From: a virus
Taxonomy: Duplodnaviria > Caudoviricetes
Length of the DNA: 50,478 nucleotides
Reading direction: 5' to 3' (one strand)
IMG/VR virus record: IMGVR_UViG_3300005805_000123
Coordinates: 1-50,478 of that record
Positions 7,430-16,488 of this stretch are shown piece by piece. How positions within the stretch are numbered: the first letter of the stretch is position 1; every line of letters begins with the position of its first letter. The position numbers were made by a program, and so were the translations under genes. The notes below the pieces were generated by a model. The model made no database searches and was not told where the DNA came from. It saw nothing but the letters and a program-made list of their open reading frames with translations.

Positions 7430-8026
7430 ATGATGCCAGTTGATGCCTATCGTTGTTATCTGTCTTTAAAAAATCACTTCACTAAAGACAGTTATGACTA
7501 CCACAAGTATTGTGGAAAGAGTCGTGCGACTGTACAATCTTTTTACAAAAGAAAAGATCGTTTCTGGTTTGAAAAAGTATCCAGACAAAAAACAGATCAA
7601 GAAATAGTTGAATTTTTTGTATCAAACTTCATCACCTGCACTGATCCAAGTAAACTTTGGATAGGAGAAATGATGAGAGAGGGTGAAGATAGATACATGG
7701 AATGGAAAAAAAGAAATCAATCTCTTTCTTATATCTTTAAACAAGAAACTGAATCTTTATTTGAAGGTAACAAAGTGGATGATGTTTTTGATTGTTCTAA
7801 GGGACATCCATTAATTTTAAAAAAATTCCTGAACGGGACAATTAGTATAGAGACTTTGGTAATCTATGACAAAATATTCCTGTTCGGTAAAAATTTTGAT
7901 AAGAAACTTTTAGATCCTGTGTGGGAATCTGTATCAATGCGTATGAAAAAGTATTCCCCATTCCTAAATATCGATGTACTTCATTATAAGAAAATTTTGA
8001 GAGAAACTATCATTGGAGAAAAATGA
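7430..8026 (+). CDS. gp59: Helicase loader gp59
   Basis: Y..YLSLKNHF...YDY.KY.GK...F.KRKDRFWFEK; ISIETL. Confidence 0.9.
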   Translation: MMPVDAYRCYLSLKNHFTKDSYDYHKYCGKSRATVQSFYKRKDRFWFEKVSRQKTDQEIVEFFVSNFITCTDPSKLWIGEMMREGEDRYMEWKKRNQSLSYIFKQETESLFEGNKVDDVFDCSKGHPLILKKFLNGTISIETLVIYDKIFLFGKNFDKKLLDPVWESVSMRMKKYSPFLNIDVLHYKKILRETIIGEK

Positions 8027-8367
8027 GTTTTTTTGATTCGGAAGTCGTTCGTTCTGAGATGTCTGAAATTTCGGAACTTCAACAAGAAGTTTATCATAAT
8101 GTATTTGAGTTTCCTCGCATGAAACGTGAGGATAAAATTAAACATGTGGATCTGCTTCAATCTCTTCTGGAAAAACAAAAAGTCTTATACACAAGACTGA
8201 GTTTATCTGATGATCCTGAGGCAAAGAAAATGAAAGAAAAAATTACAGAATCATCTACTATGATGGGACTTCCTCCTGATGTTGATATGAATGTAATTTT
8301 TAACAATATGACAAAACTTCTTGATGTGATGCGTGATCAGATTGACAAAACTGGTTCTGACCAGTAG
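8023..8367 (+). CDS. DUF1825-like hypothetical protein
   Basis: MSFFDSEVV..E...Y.RL.LSDDPEA motif. Confidence 0.75.
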   Translation: MSFFDSEVVRSEMSEISELQQEVYHNVFEFPRMKREDKIKHVDLLQSLLEKQKVLYTRLSLSDDPEAKKMKEKITESSTMMGLPPDVDMNVIFNNMTKLLDVMRDQIDKTGSDQ

Positions 8368-8370
8368 AAT
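8342..8370 (+). promoter_or_regulatory. Sigma70 promoter for gp32
   Basis: TTGACA-N17-TAGAAT; CTGGT/ACCAG hairpin in the spacer. Confidence 0.8.
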
Positions 8371-8413
8371 AACGAAGTACACAAAGGCCAAATCCAACTA
8401 ATACGAGGTACAA

Positions 8414-9349
8414 ATGTCTTTTGAAAATCTTAAAAAGCAATCCAAACTTGGTTCACTGACCCAGAAACTGGTCAAAGAAGTTGAGAAAATGAGCACTTCT
8501 TCTGGTAGTGCTGATGATCGTTTCTGGAAACCAGAAATGGATAAGACTGGTAATGGTTTTGCAGTTATCCGTTTCCTTCCTGCACCTGAAGGTGAAGAAC
8601 TTCCCTGGGCTAAGATGTATTCTCATGCATTCCAAGGTCCTGGTGGTTGGTATATTGAGAACTCTCTGACTACTGTTGGTGGTAAAGATCCTGTTTCTGA
8701 ATACAATCGTGAACTTTGGAACAGTGGTAGTGATGTTGATAAAGAAACTGTTCGTAAACAGAAACGCAAACTTTCTTACTATAGCAACATCTACGTTGTA
8801 AAAGATGCTGCTAATCCTCAAAATGAGGGTAAAGTATTTCTTTATAAGTATGGTAAGAAGATCTTTGATAAGATCATGGAAGCAATGCAACCTGAGTTTG
8901 AGGATGAAACTCCTATTAATCCTTTTGACTTCTGGCAAGGTGCTAACTTCAAACTGAAGATCGTCAAGAAAGACGGTTACTGGAACTACGATAAGTCTGA
9001 GTTTGATCGTGTTGCTCCTCTTCTGGACGATGACGATGCTCTAGAAGCACTTTGGAAAAAGCAGTATTCTCTGACTGCTATTACTGCTCCAGATCAATTC
9101 AAGTCTTATGATGATCTTGAAAAACGTCTGAAGTATGTGCTTGGACAAAAAGGAAGTTCACGCATGTCCATCCAAGACGAAACTGAATATGATAATTACA
9201 CAGAAAACAGTATTGAAAGTTCTGTTGTAAAGGAACTGGAAGAGTCTTATGCTCGTTCAAAGTCTCCTTCACTTCCTGTAGTAACTAAGGAAGTTGATGA
9301 AGATGAAGATGATGCACTTTCTTACTTCCAGAAACTTGCAGAAGACTGA
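8414..9349 (+). CDS. gp32: Single-stranded DNA-binding protein gp32
   Basis: DDRFWK, GNGFAVIRFLP, WYIENS, PFDFWQGANF, acidic tail. Confidence 0.96.
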   Translation: MSFENLKKQSKLGSLTQKLVKEVEKMSTSSGSADDRFWKPEMDKTGNGFAVIRFLPAPEGEELPWAKMYSHAFQGPGGWYIENSLTTVGGKDPVSEYNRELWNSGSDVDKETVRKQKRKLSYYSNIYVVKDAANPQNEGKVFLYKYGKKIFDKIMEAMQPEFEDETPINPFDFWQGANFKLKIVKKDGYWNYDKSEFDRVAPLLDDDDALEALWKKQYSLTAITAPDQFKSYDDLEKRLKYVLGQKGSSRMSIQDETEYDNYTENSIESSVVKELEESYARSKSPSLPVVTKEVDEDEDDALSYFQKLAED

Positions 9350-10069
9350 TTATTGATATAATCTAATATTGTCTCCTTTCTTTAAGGTGCTGCTTACATA
9401 CTGAGCAGCACCTTTTTTATATGGCATAATATTTTCTAGATCATTGAAAACAACATTTAGATATTGTGGTTTAAGAACAAAAATATTTCTCTTATCATTT
9501 TCGATTGTTGACTCATATTCATAATTTGTAACTGCAACTGCTACTTCATTAAACGGAAGAGTTACATAATAACCAAGATTGTCATCATAATATTCATAGT
9601 AATAAGCACTTCCAGATTTGACAAAATTTCCATTTGTTTGCCATGTGCTAGGAATTTGTAATCCTTTGGAAAGCAACGTAATTCCACTGGAATTTTTTAC
9701 TTCTAGAGTTTCGTAATGATGAACTCCATTATAAAGAGTATTGTAATCACCATATTTCTCTAAAAGAATGCGGTCAAAATCTCTTTGAGGTAATGGCCAT
9801 TCTGTTTGGATGTTGAGGATATTGTTAGAAAGAAGAACAACCCAGTCAAGAGTTTCATCATTATAAACTTTATATGCAACATTATCAGGTCTTTCGTCAC
9901 CGATGATTTGATATTTTGTAAAAAAGTTTAAATTTCCAAAAATATCTTCACGAAGTTTTCCACGTTTAAATAAATTTTTTACATCAATGTAACTTGAAAT
10001 GTCTTGATTGTCTGCATTTCTGTTAACATATTCAAAATTAGGGACTTGTCTAAAATAAGTTTTTGCCAT
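9350..10069 (-). CDS. gp53: Baseplate wedge protein gp53
   Basis: YF...P, ERPDNVA..VY...DWVVLLSNNI....EWP, HHYE, NYEYE...ND.KR.I. Confidence 0.88.
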   Translation of the reverse strand: MAKTYFRQVPNFEYVNRNADNQDISSYIDVKNLFKRGKLREDIFGNLNFFTKYQIIGDERPDNVAYKVYNDETLDWVVLLSNNILNIQTEWPLPQRDFDRILLEKYGDYNTLYNGVHHYETLEVKNSSGITLLSKGLQIPSTWQTNGNFVKSGSAYYYEYYDDNLGYYVTLPFNEVAVAVTNYEYESTIENDKRNIFVLKPQYLNVVFNDLENIMPYKKGAAQYVSSTLKKGDNIRLYQ

Positions 10070-10071
10070 TT

Positions 10072-11448
10072 TTAGAATCCTATTACTGACTTATCTGCAA
10101 ATTGTTGATAGTCTCTATCATAAACTGGTTCAAGTTCTTGGAAAGTAAGTGCCATATCATACGAAGTCATTGTTGCTTCTGTATCTGTAAAAGTCATGTA
10201 AGAATTATCTGGTGTATAATTAACAGTCATACTTGTTAAAGCACAAGTTTTAACTCTATTTAATGATGTATGATCTTGACCAGATCCTGCTTTGATATAT
10301 TTTATTTGAAATACATTTGGAGATTTTAAAAATATAGCATTGTTTGCAGTTCTTACGGCACTCATTTCTTTAAAAAATCTGATGATTGTTTTAACAGATT
10401 TTGCTTCTTTCGTATTTCTTGGTGACAATCTAAAAGAATAATTGAAAGTTCTTAAAGTAGGACCATTAAATAATAGTTCTAAATTTGGATTGATGATTGC
10501 TCCTGTTATTCTGGTAAAGAAAGACTGATTACCCACTGCTCTTCCAGCAAGATATATTCTTAGTGCGTTTTGAATATTAGGATCTCCACCCAAAACTCCT
10601 AGTGCTCCAGTAAAATCTTGAAATCCTTTCAAAACTTGTCCTGGATTATTTGCAATTGCATATGATGCCTGTGCAAATAATGCACTAAATGCATCCATAT
10701 TTTCTGGACCCCAATTAACTATGTTTTGATCTAGAATAATTGGTTGTATTGGAAGATAACAAGTTCCTCTTCTTATTGTTTTATCTCTTGGAGTAAATCC
10801 TTGACTTATTTTTTTGAAGTCAAAATTTGTTCCAGTTGTTCCTAATGTTCTTGCTCTATATTCTAATGCTGTTATTTGTAAGTAGTCTTGAGTGGATTTT
10901 GAAAGATTTGATGGGTATATCATTTCCACCTTACTAAAATCCGCAGAAGCAGTTCCTTGTATTTCTGAATTTTGTAATTGAGTTTGTACTGCTTCTTCAA
11001 AAGATGTTGTTGATGGAAGACTTGGTGCTACTGGATCTGGTGCAGGAGCTGTGGGAGCTAAGTTTGGTGCTACATCAAGAGTTAAACGTGCTTGTTGTTT
11101 TGTTACTCCTGCAGCAGAACTTAATGCATTTACTGTACTATCGTCTAACGAAGCAGTTAAACTATTTGGTCCTTTTTCAACAAGTGCTTTTTTAAATCCA
11201 GCACCTGCTGCAGGTGTAAAAGACCAATTACTTTGACTTGTATTATCTCTTTCACCTAATTGGGTCCAAACTGGAAAAGGATCGAATGGCCCAGGTGGTG
11301 GTAAATATTCAACTACATATCGAATTGGTGCTGTGGTGCTTAATGTTCCTGGAACACCCAATCCATCTTGATATACTACTTGAGTTCTGACTTTATATTT
11401 TTGTCCATCTATGGTTATAAGTTTTTCCCCACTAGTTGCTTGTGCCAT
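10072..11448 (-). CDS. gp48: Baseplate tail-tube cap gp48
   Basis: NPNLELLFNGPTLRTFNYSFRLSPR, CALTSM.VNYTP, LTFQELEP. Confidence 0.85.
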   Translation of the reverse strand: MAQATSGEKLITIDGQKYKVRTQVVYQDGLGVPGTLSTTAPIRYVVEYLPPPGPFDPFPVWTQLGERDNTSQSNWSFTPAAGAGFKKALVEKGPNSLTASLDDSTVNALSSAAGVTKQQARLTLDVAPNLAPTAPAPDPVAPSLPSTTSFEEAVQTQLQNSEIQGTASADFSKVEMIYPSNLSKSTQDYLQITALEYRARTLGTTGTNFDFKKISQGFTPRDKTIRRGTCYLPIQPIILDQNIVNWGPENMDAFSALFAQASYAIANNPGQVLKGFQDFTGALGVLGGDPNIQNALRIYLAGRAVGNQSFFTRITGAIINPNLELLFNGPTLRTFNYSFRLSPRNTKEAKSVKTIIRFFKEMSAVRTANNAIFLKSPNVFQIKYIKAGSGQDHTSLNRVKTCALTSMTVNYTPDNSYMTFTDTEATMTSYDMALTFQELEPVYDRDYQQFADKSVIGF

Positions 11449-11510
11449 CAGAATTCCTCCCCACTTACAGGAGGATTAATCATCTCAATTTTTTGTAGAG
11501 TATGAGACAT
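11448..11510 (-). CDS. 20-aa leader ORF coupled to gp48
   Basis: MSHTLQKIEMINPPVSGEEF; TGATG overlap with the gp48 start; minus-strand CTAAATA at about 11528-11534. Confidence 0.4.
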   Translation of the reverse strand: MSHTLQKIEMINPPVSGEEF

Positions 11511-11525
11511 TATAGACTTTTTTAT

Positions 11526-11999
11526 CTATTTAGTTCTATATTTTATGAGTTTTGTATATTCTAAAGATCTAAAATAGTCAATTTCATGGGGGTAGATCAA
11601 ATGCAATTGTCCAAGCACCTCATCCCAAGTATAGTTTCTCATTTTTCCCCAATGAAAGTTTAAACCTTTAAATCCCCAAGGTTTTATTTCCATCACTGCT
11701 ACAAGAGGATGTTGATCATAATAAATTTCATCTGTTGGCATTCCTGGATATTGTTTGTCTTTATCTTTAACAGTCTTGGCACGATAAACGAAAGTATAAT
11801 AATTTCCTGGATCTGGTATAATTTCCATTTCAGTCAAAACTTTCATAATTTCTAACATCTTATCTTCGGGATCACTAATACCATCTAAAGTTTTTTTTAA
11901 CAAATTAATTCTTCTGTCTTTTTGTTGCTTTAATTTTTCTCTTTGTCTGGAAAGAAAAGTGCCTTCTTGTTTTTGTGCTTTGCTGACTTTTCTTGCCAT
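11526..11999 (-). CDS. gp2-like DNA end protector (putative)
   Basis: G.YYTFVY.AKT...YYDQHPLV...GFKGLNFH; position next to gp4. Confidence 0.55.
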   Translation of the reverse strand: MARKVSKAQKQEGTFLSRQREKLKQQKDRRINLLKKTLDGISDPEDKMLEIMKVLTEMEIIPDPGNYYTFVYRAKTVKDKDKQYPGMPTDEIYYDQHPLVAVMEIKPWGFKGLNFHWGKMRNYTWDEVLGQLHLIYPHEIDYFRSLEYTKLIKYRTK

Positions 12000-12445
12000 T
12001 ACTTGATACCTAATTCTTCTTCGGTAATGATTTTGAATTCTAGCATTCTATCTGCACACCACTCTTTTGCTGCTTTCCATTTTGCTTCATTAACAGCATA
12101 AGTTTTCACTTCATTGATGAATGTTCTAGTTTTTTTCTTTGAAGTTTGGCTTGGTGGGATTGTCTGTTTTTTTGGTTTTACTTCAATAACATACTTTTTA
12201 ATTTTTCCATGCTGATCTTTTACTTTAATTAAAAAGTCTGGAAAATAACGATGAACTCTATTATCTAATGGGGAGAGATATGGTATAAAAAATTCTTCAC
12301 TACCCCACTCAATAATATTTTCATTCAAATCACACCACCTACAAAAACGTCTTTCCCAACTGCTGCGACAAATAATATTATTTGGATCACCCTTATATTT
12401 TTGTGGATACTCTGGTTTATAACGACTCTTAATGCTCTCGGCCAT
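11999..12445 (-). CDS. gp4: Head completion nuclease gp4
   Basis: KYKGDP.NI..RSSWE, IPY.SP.D.R.HRYFPDF, IEVKP, N.AKW.AA. Confidence 0.92.
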   Translation of the reverse strand: MAESIKSRYKPEYPQKYKGDPNNIICRSSWERRFCRWCDLNENIIEWGSEEFFIPYLSPLDNRVHRYFPDFLIKVKDQHGKIKKYVIEVKPKKQTIPPSQTSKKKTRTFINEVKTYAVNEAKWKAAKEWCADRMLEFKIITEEELGIK

Positions 12446-12468
12446 TATACATAATATATCAGTAAAAG

Positions 12469-12476
12469 TATTTATA
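12469..12476 (-). promoter_or_regulatory. T4-like late promoter for the gp4 operon
   Basis: TATAAATA on the minus strand, 23 nt before the gp4 ATG. Confidence 0.75.
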
Positions 12477-12477
12477 G

Positions 12478-13266
12478 ATGGCAACGTCTGGAGCTCCGAC
12501 ACCTACAATTTATTCAATGTCGAATATAAAGTCAAAGTTGCTCAGACCATCTTTGACTTCTAATTTTGTTTGTTCTTTTGATATTCCTCATCTTCCTGCA
12601 GGGGAAGATGGACTTGATTTAAAAACCTGGTTAGAACTAAGAGAAAATGCAGGTGCTGCAGGAATCATTTATGATAGCAATAATATAGAATTACTCCAAT
12701 TATCTTGTTCGGAGGCATCATTACCCGGATCATCTTTAATTACAAATCAAATTGATAATGATTATTCAGGTGTAACTGAGAGACATGCTTATAGAAGGCA
12801 ATATGATGATAGGGCAGATTTCACATTTTATGTAGATCGTGATTATACGATTATCAAATTTTTTGAGGGATGGATTTCTTATATTGTTGATGAGCAAACT
12901 TCTGCCAATAAACCGAATTATAGTTACAGAGTTAGATTTCCAGATACGTACCAAACAGAAAACCTTTATATTACAAAATTTGAAAGAGATGTTAACTCTG
13001 GACCATCACTAACTTATAAATTTATAAAAGCATATCCAATCAGCATAAACTCTATGCCAGTTTCTTATGAAGCTTCTGATCTTTTAAAATGCACAGTATC
13101 ATTTACTTATAGTAGATACTTGATTAACAGAACTGATAATAATGCAACACTTAACCAAAATACTCTAGCAGGACTTACTCAACAGGCTCGACAACTTAGC
13201 ACTGGAAGAATTAATACTATAGGTCAAGCTGGAACACCTCTTCCACTTCCTCCTAATATTGGATAA
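12478..13266 (+). CDS. Tail tube-fold protein (gp54/gp19-like)
   Basis: C.EASLPG, FTFYVD, FFE.W, AYP.SI..MPVSY, V.FTY. Confidence 0.75.
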   Translation: MATSGAPTPTIYSMSNIKSKLLRPSLTSNFVCSFDIPHLPAGEDGLDLKTWLELRENAGAAGIIYDSNNIELLQLSCSEASLPGSSLITNQIDNDYSGVTERHAYRRQYDDRADFTFYVDRDYTIIKFFEGWISYIVDEQTSANKPNYSYRVRFPDTYQTENLYITKFERDVNSGPSLTYKFIKAYPISINSMPVSYEASDLLKCTVSFTYSRYLINRTDNNATLNQNTLAGLTQQARQLSTGRINTIGQAGTPLPLPPNIG

Positions 13267-13269
13267 ATA
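13262..13269 (+). promoter_or_regulatory. T4-like late promoter
   Basis: GATAAATA before gp26. Confidence 0.65.
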
Positions 13270-13296
13270 ATCACACTGAAACATCTATAGGACATT

Positions 13297-14016
13297 ATGC
13301 CTTTACCTAAGATCTCTACGCCAACTTATGAACTTGAGTTGCCATCTACAGGACAAACAATTAAGTACAGACCCTTTCTTGTAAGGGAAGAAAAACTTCT
13401 GGTTCTTGCATTAGAATCTGAAGATGTAAAACAAATTACAACTGCAATTAAGGCAGTCATAAAAAATTGTATCGAAACAAAAAATGTCAAGGTAGAATCT
13501 TTACCAACATTTGATATTGAATATCTCTTTCTCAATATTAGAGGAAAATCAGTTGGTGAAGAGATAGAAGTTAATATTGTATGCCCAGATGATAATGAAA
13601 CGAACGTTCCTGTGATGATCAATATTGATGATATTAAAGTCCAAAAAAATACAGAACATAATAAGCAGATTAGACTTGATGATAATATTATGATGGAAAT
13701 GAAATATCCATCACTTGATCAGTTTATTAAGAGTAATTTTGATTTTTCTGGTGATGCTTCCATGGATCAATCATTTGATCTCATTGCATCTTGTATTGAT
13801 AAGATCTATACGGAAGAAGAAGTTTGGTCATCGAGTGATGTTACAAAAAAAGAACTCACTGATTTCTTAGATCAAATGAATTCTTCTCAGTTCAAAGATA
13901 TTGAAAAGTTCTTTGAAACGATGCCCAAACTTTCACATAAAGTCAAAGTAACAAATCCAAAAACTGAAGTGGAAAGTGAAGTCACTTTGGAGGGACTGTC
14001 CAGTTTTTTCGCATAG
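13297..14016 (+). CDS. gp26: Baseplate hub assembly protein gp26
   Basis: MPLPKI.TPTYEL.LPS...YRPFLV.EEK, FDIEY.FL.IRGKSVGE, FF.TMPKL, LEGL.SFF. Confidence 0.9.
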   Translation: MPLPKISTPTYELELPSTGQTIKYRPFLVREEKLLVLALESEDVKQITTAIKAVIKNCIETKNVKVESLPTFDIEYLFLNIRGKSVGEEIEVNIVCPDDNETNVPVMINIDDIKVQKNTEHNKQIRLDDNIMMEMKYPSLDQFIKSNFDFSGDASMDQSFDLIASCIDKIYTEEEVWSSSDVTKKELTDFLDQMNSSQFKDIEKFFETMPKLSHKVKVTNPKTEVESEVTLEGLSSFFA

Positions 14017-14018
14017 GT

Positions 14019-14195
14019 ATGGTCCACATGGACCTTGAAAACTATTTTCAATTAAATTTTTCTTTGATGCAGTATCATAAATACTCATTAACGGAGATTG
14101 AAAATATGATGCCTTGGGAACGAGATGTGTATGTTGCTTTATTGAAAAATCATTTAGAGGAAGAAAAACTTAAGCAACAACAAAATGGCAAGTAG
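14019..14195 (+). CDS. gp51: gp51-like baseplate hub assembly catalyst
   Basis: LENYFQLNFSLMQYHKYSLTEIENMMPWERDVYV.LL; missing from the ORF track, read manually. Confidence 0.85.
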   Translation: MVHMDLENYFQLNFSLMQYHKYSLTEIENMMPWERDVYVALLKNHLEEEKLKQQQNGK

Positions 14196-16479
14196 ATTAG
14201 TCAAAGAAGAAATAGATACACGAATCCTAAATCTTTTAGGAATTGACGATGTTTTTGACATTGACTATACTACCTATTTGCTGTTGCTTAGAGAAGCAAT
14301 GGTTAAAGGTTCTTTTGGAAAATCAAAACTTTCTGATGAAGAACTTGCATTACTTTCGAATGAGAGAAAAAGAATAAAAAACAAACAAGATAATGGTAGA
14401 TTTGAAATTAAAAGCAAAAAAATAAGTGCATCTAAGTTTACCTCAGGTAAATTTCTTCCAAAATCTAGAGTTGGTGGAAGTATTGTTAAGTTTCAAAAAC
14501 CAACAGGAAAAGGTCCTTTAAGTTTTATTGGTGATATTTTAGGATCAATATTTAAAACAATTAGTGAAAAAAATAAATTAGATAAAAAGAACGCAGAACA
14601 ACAAAAGAAAGAAGAGGAAAATGAAAAAAGAAGAAAGAGAGAATCTCTTCTAGAAAAAACAGGTAAAGGTATAAGAGAAGTAAAAAATCTAGTGCAAAAA
14701 GCAGTTGCACCTTTTCAGAGCATCATAGATAAAATTATTAATTTTCTTGTTTTTACTTTTCTTGGAAAGGCATTTAATGATTTTCTAAATTGGGTGAGTG
14801 ATCCAGAAAATAAAAAGAAACTTGATTCAGTAGTTCGTTTTCTTGTAAATCACTGGCCATTAATTGTAGGTGGATTTGTTCTGTTCGGGACAAGTTTTGG
14901 TAGATTTATTCGAGGAACATTAAAACTTGTAGCAAGATCTATTTTCTTCCTTGGACGACAGATACCAAAATTAAGAAACTTTATTACCAAACATAGAAAA
15001 ACTTCTTTTCTAATAGCATCTGCTGCACCTCTTTTAAGTAGAGAGGCAGCAAATATATTAACTCAAAAACCAAATGATGCGGATGGATTAAAACCCTCAT
15101 CAATGGACTTAGGTGAAGGTGATATGCAAGATGCAAAAAAATCTACAGATGAAATTTCAAAATTAAACATACCAAAATTTGTTAGTGGGGGATTAATATC
15201 TCCTAATATAAACCTAAAATTACCACAGGCACCTCCAAACATAAAAGATATACAAATGGCAGGTGGTGGAGCAGTTGATAAACAAACTGGAATGAATATT
15301 ACTGGAGCAGGACCTGATACTCAGTTGGTCGCAGTTCAGCCTGGTGAAATTGTTATGTCCAAAAAAGCAGTTGACGCTTATGGACCACAATTTTTCTTAG
15401 GGTTGAATAAAGCTGCTGGTGCAACTAACGTTCCAAAATATACAAACAATATTCAACTTGCAGCTAATGGTGGAATGGTCGGATCTCCTGGTCCATCAAT
15501 ATTTGCCGGAACACCTTCATTTGGAGATCTGCCTTTAATTAAAGCTGCTAACTCTGCAGGTATTAAAGGACTTGAATTAGCATCATTCCTTTCTCAAATG
15601 TCTCATGAAACTGGTGGATATAAATGGAGTCATGAACTTGGAAAGGGAAGAGGAATGGGATACAGTGGTGGAAGTCAATATTATGGAAGAGGGTACATTC
15701 AATTAACTCACGACTATAACTATAAAAAGTATGGTGATAAACTTGGACTTGATCTTGTAACAAATCCAGATTTAGCTTCGCAACCAGATGTTGCTGCAAA
15801 AATTGCAGTAGAATATTGGAAAAATAATGTTAGACCATCAGTTGGAAATAAATGGGATGATGTATTTTTAGTTTCTAGAGCAATCAACAATCCATCAGCA
15901 TCAAGTAATCTAGGTATAAGAGGATGGAAAGACAGAGTTTCTAAATTTAATGAATATAGAAATAAATTAAATTCTGGATTATTGGAAATTAAAAAACCAA
16001 AGAGTGATGTTGTAAAAAAACCAAAGAGTGAACCAAATTTCCTACAAACAGTATTTGGGATGATGGGAACTTCTTTACCTTTTGCTGGTGGTGGTTTAGT
16101 GCAAGAAAATACTGGGATGAATATTTTGGGAGCAACAGCAGATAGACAACTGGCAGCATTACAACCTGGAGAATATGTTCTTCCCGCAGGAACAGTTTCA
16201 AAACTTGGTGTATCTTTGATTGAAAAAATTGTTTCAATGACCGATAGTGATTCTAATGCAGCAAAGTTAGGAAAATCTAGAGGAATTAAAACTATACCAG
16301 GTCCACCTGTGAGAGGAGCATCTAATATGATGCCAATTACACTACCTCCTATCACTGGTGGAACAGATCCTCAAATGACGAATAATGCATCAGGGACATC
16401 TGTTCCTCAAATTGATGCTATATGCCCAACATCGATGGAAGTGAGAGAAAGTTTGGCATCAATCTACGGAATTGTGTGA
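14185..16479 (+). CDS. Tape-measure-like virion protein with GH19 (chitinase/lysozyme-like) domain
   Basis: Helical N-terminal part; A.FL.Q..HETGG and YYGRGYIQLT..YNY GH19 motifs. Confidence 0.75.
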   Translation: MASRLVKEEIDTRILNLLGIDDVFDIDYTTYLLLLREAMVKGSFGKSKLSDEELALLSNERKRIKNKQDNGRFEIKSKKISASKFTSGKFLPKSRVGGSIVKFQKPTGKGPLSFIGDILGSIFKTISEKNKLDKKNAEQQKKEEENEKRRKRESLLEKTGKGIREVKNLVQKAVAPFQSIIDKIINFLVFTFLGKAFNDFLNWVSDPENKKKLDSVVRFLVNHWPLIVGGFVLFGTSFGRFIRGTLKLVARSIFFLGRQIPKLRNFITKHRKTSFLIASAAPLLSREAANILTQKPNDADGLKPSSMDLGEGDMQDAKKSTDEISKLNIPKFVSGGLISPNINLKLPQAPPNIKDIQMAGGGAVDKQTGMNITGAGPDTQLVAVQPGEIVMSKKAVDAYGPQFFLGLNKAAGATNVPKYTNNIQLAANGGMVGSPGPSIFAGTPSFGDLPLIKAANSAGIKGLELASFLSQMSHETGGYKWSHELGKGRGMGYSGGSQYYGRGYIQLTHDYNYKKYGDKLGLDLVTNPDLASQPDVAAKIAVEYWKNNVRPSVGNKWDDVFLVSRAINNPSASSNLGIRGWKDRVSKFNEYRNKLNSGLLEIKKPKSDVVKKPKSEPNFLQTVFGMMGTSLPFAGGGLVQENTGMNILGATADRQLAALQPGEYVLPAGTVSKLGVSLIEKIVSMTDSDSNAAKLGKSRGIKTIPGPPVRGASNMMPITLPPITGGTDPQMTNNASGTSVPQIDAICPTSMEVRESLASIYGIV

Positions 16480-16488
16480 GGAAAATAA

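Noticed and set aside
8453-8938. 161-aa minus-strand ORF
   Set aside because: Antisense shadow of gp32 with no motif or RBS
15991-16031. Short repeat AAAAAACCAAAGAGTGA x2 (KKPKS)
   Set aside because: Low-complexity linker duplication, not an array
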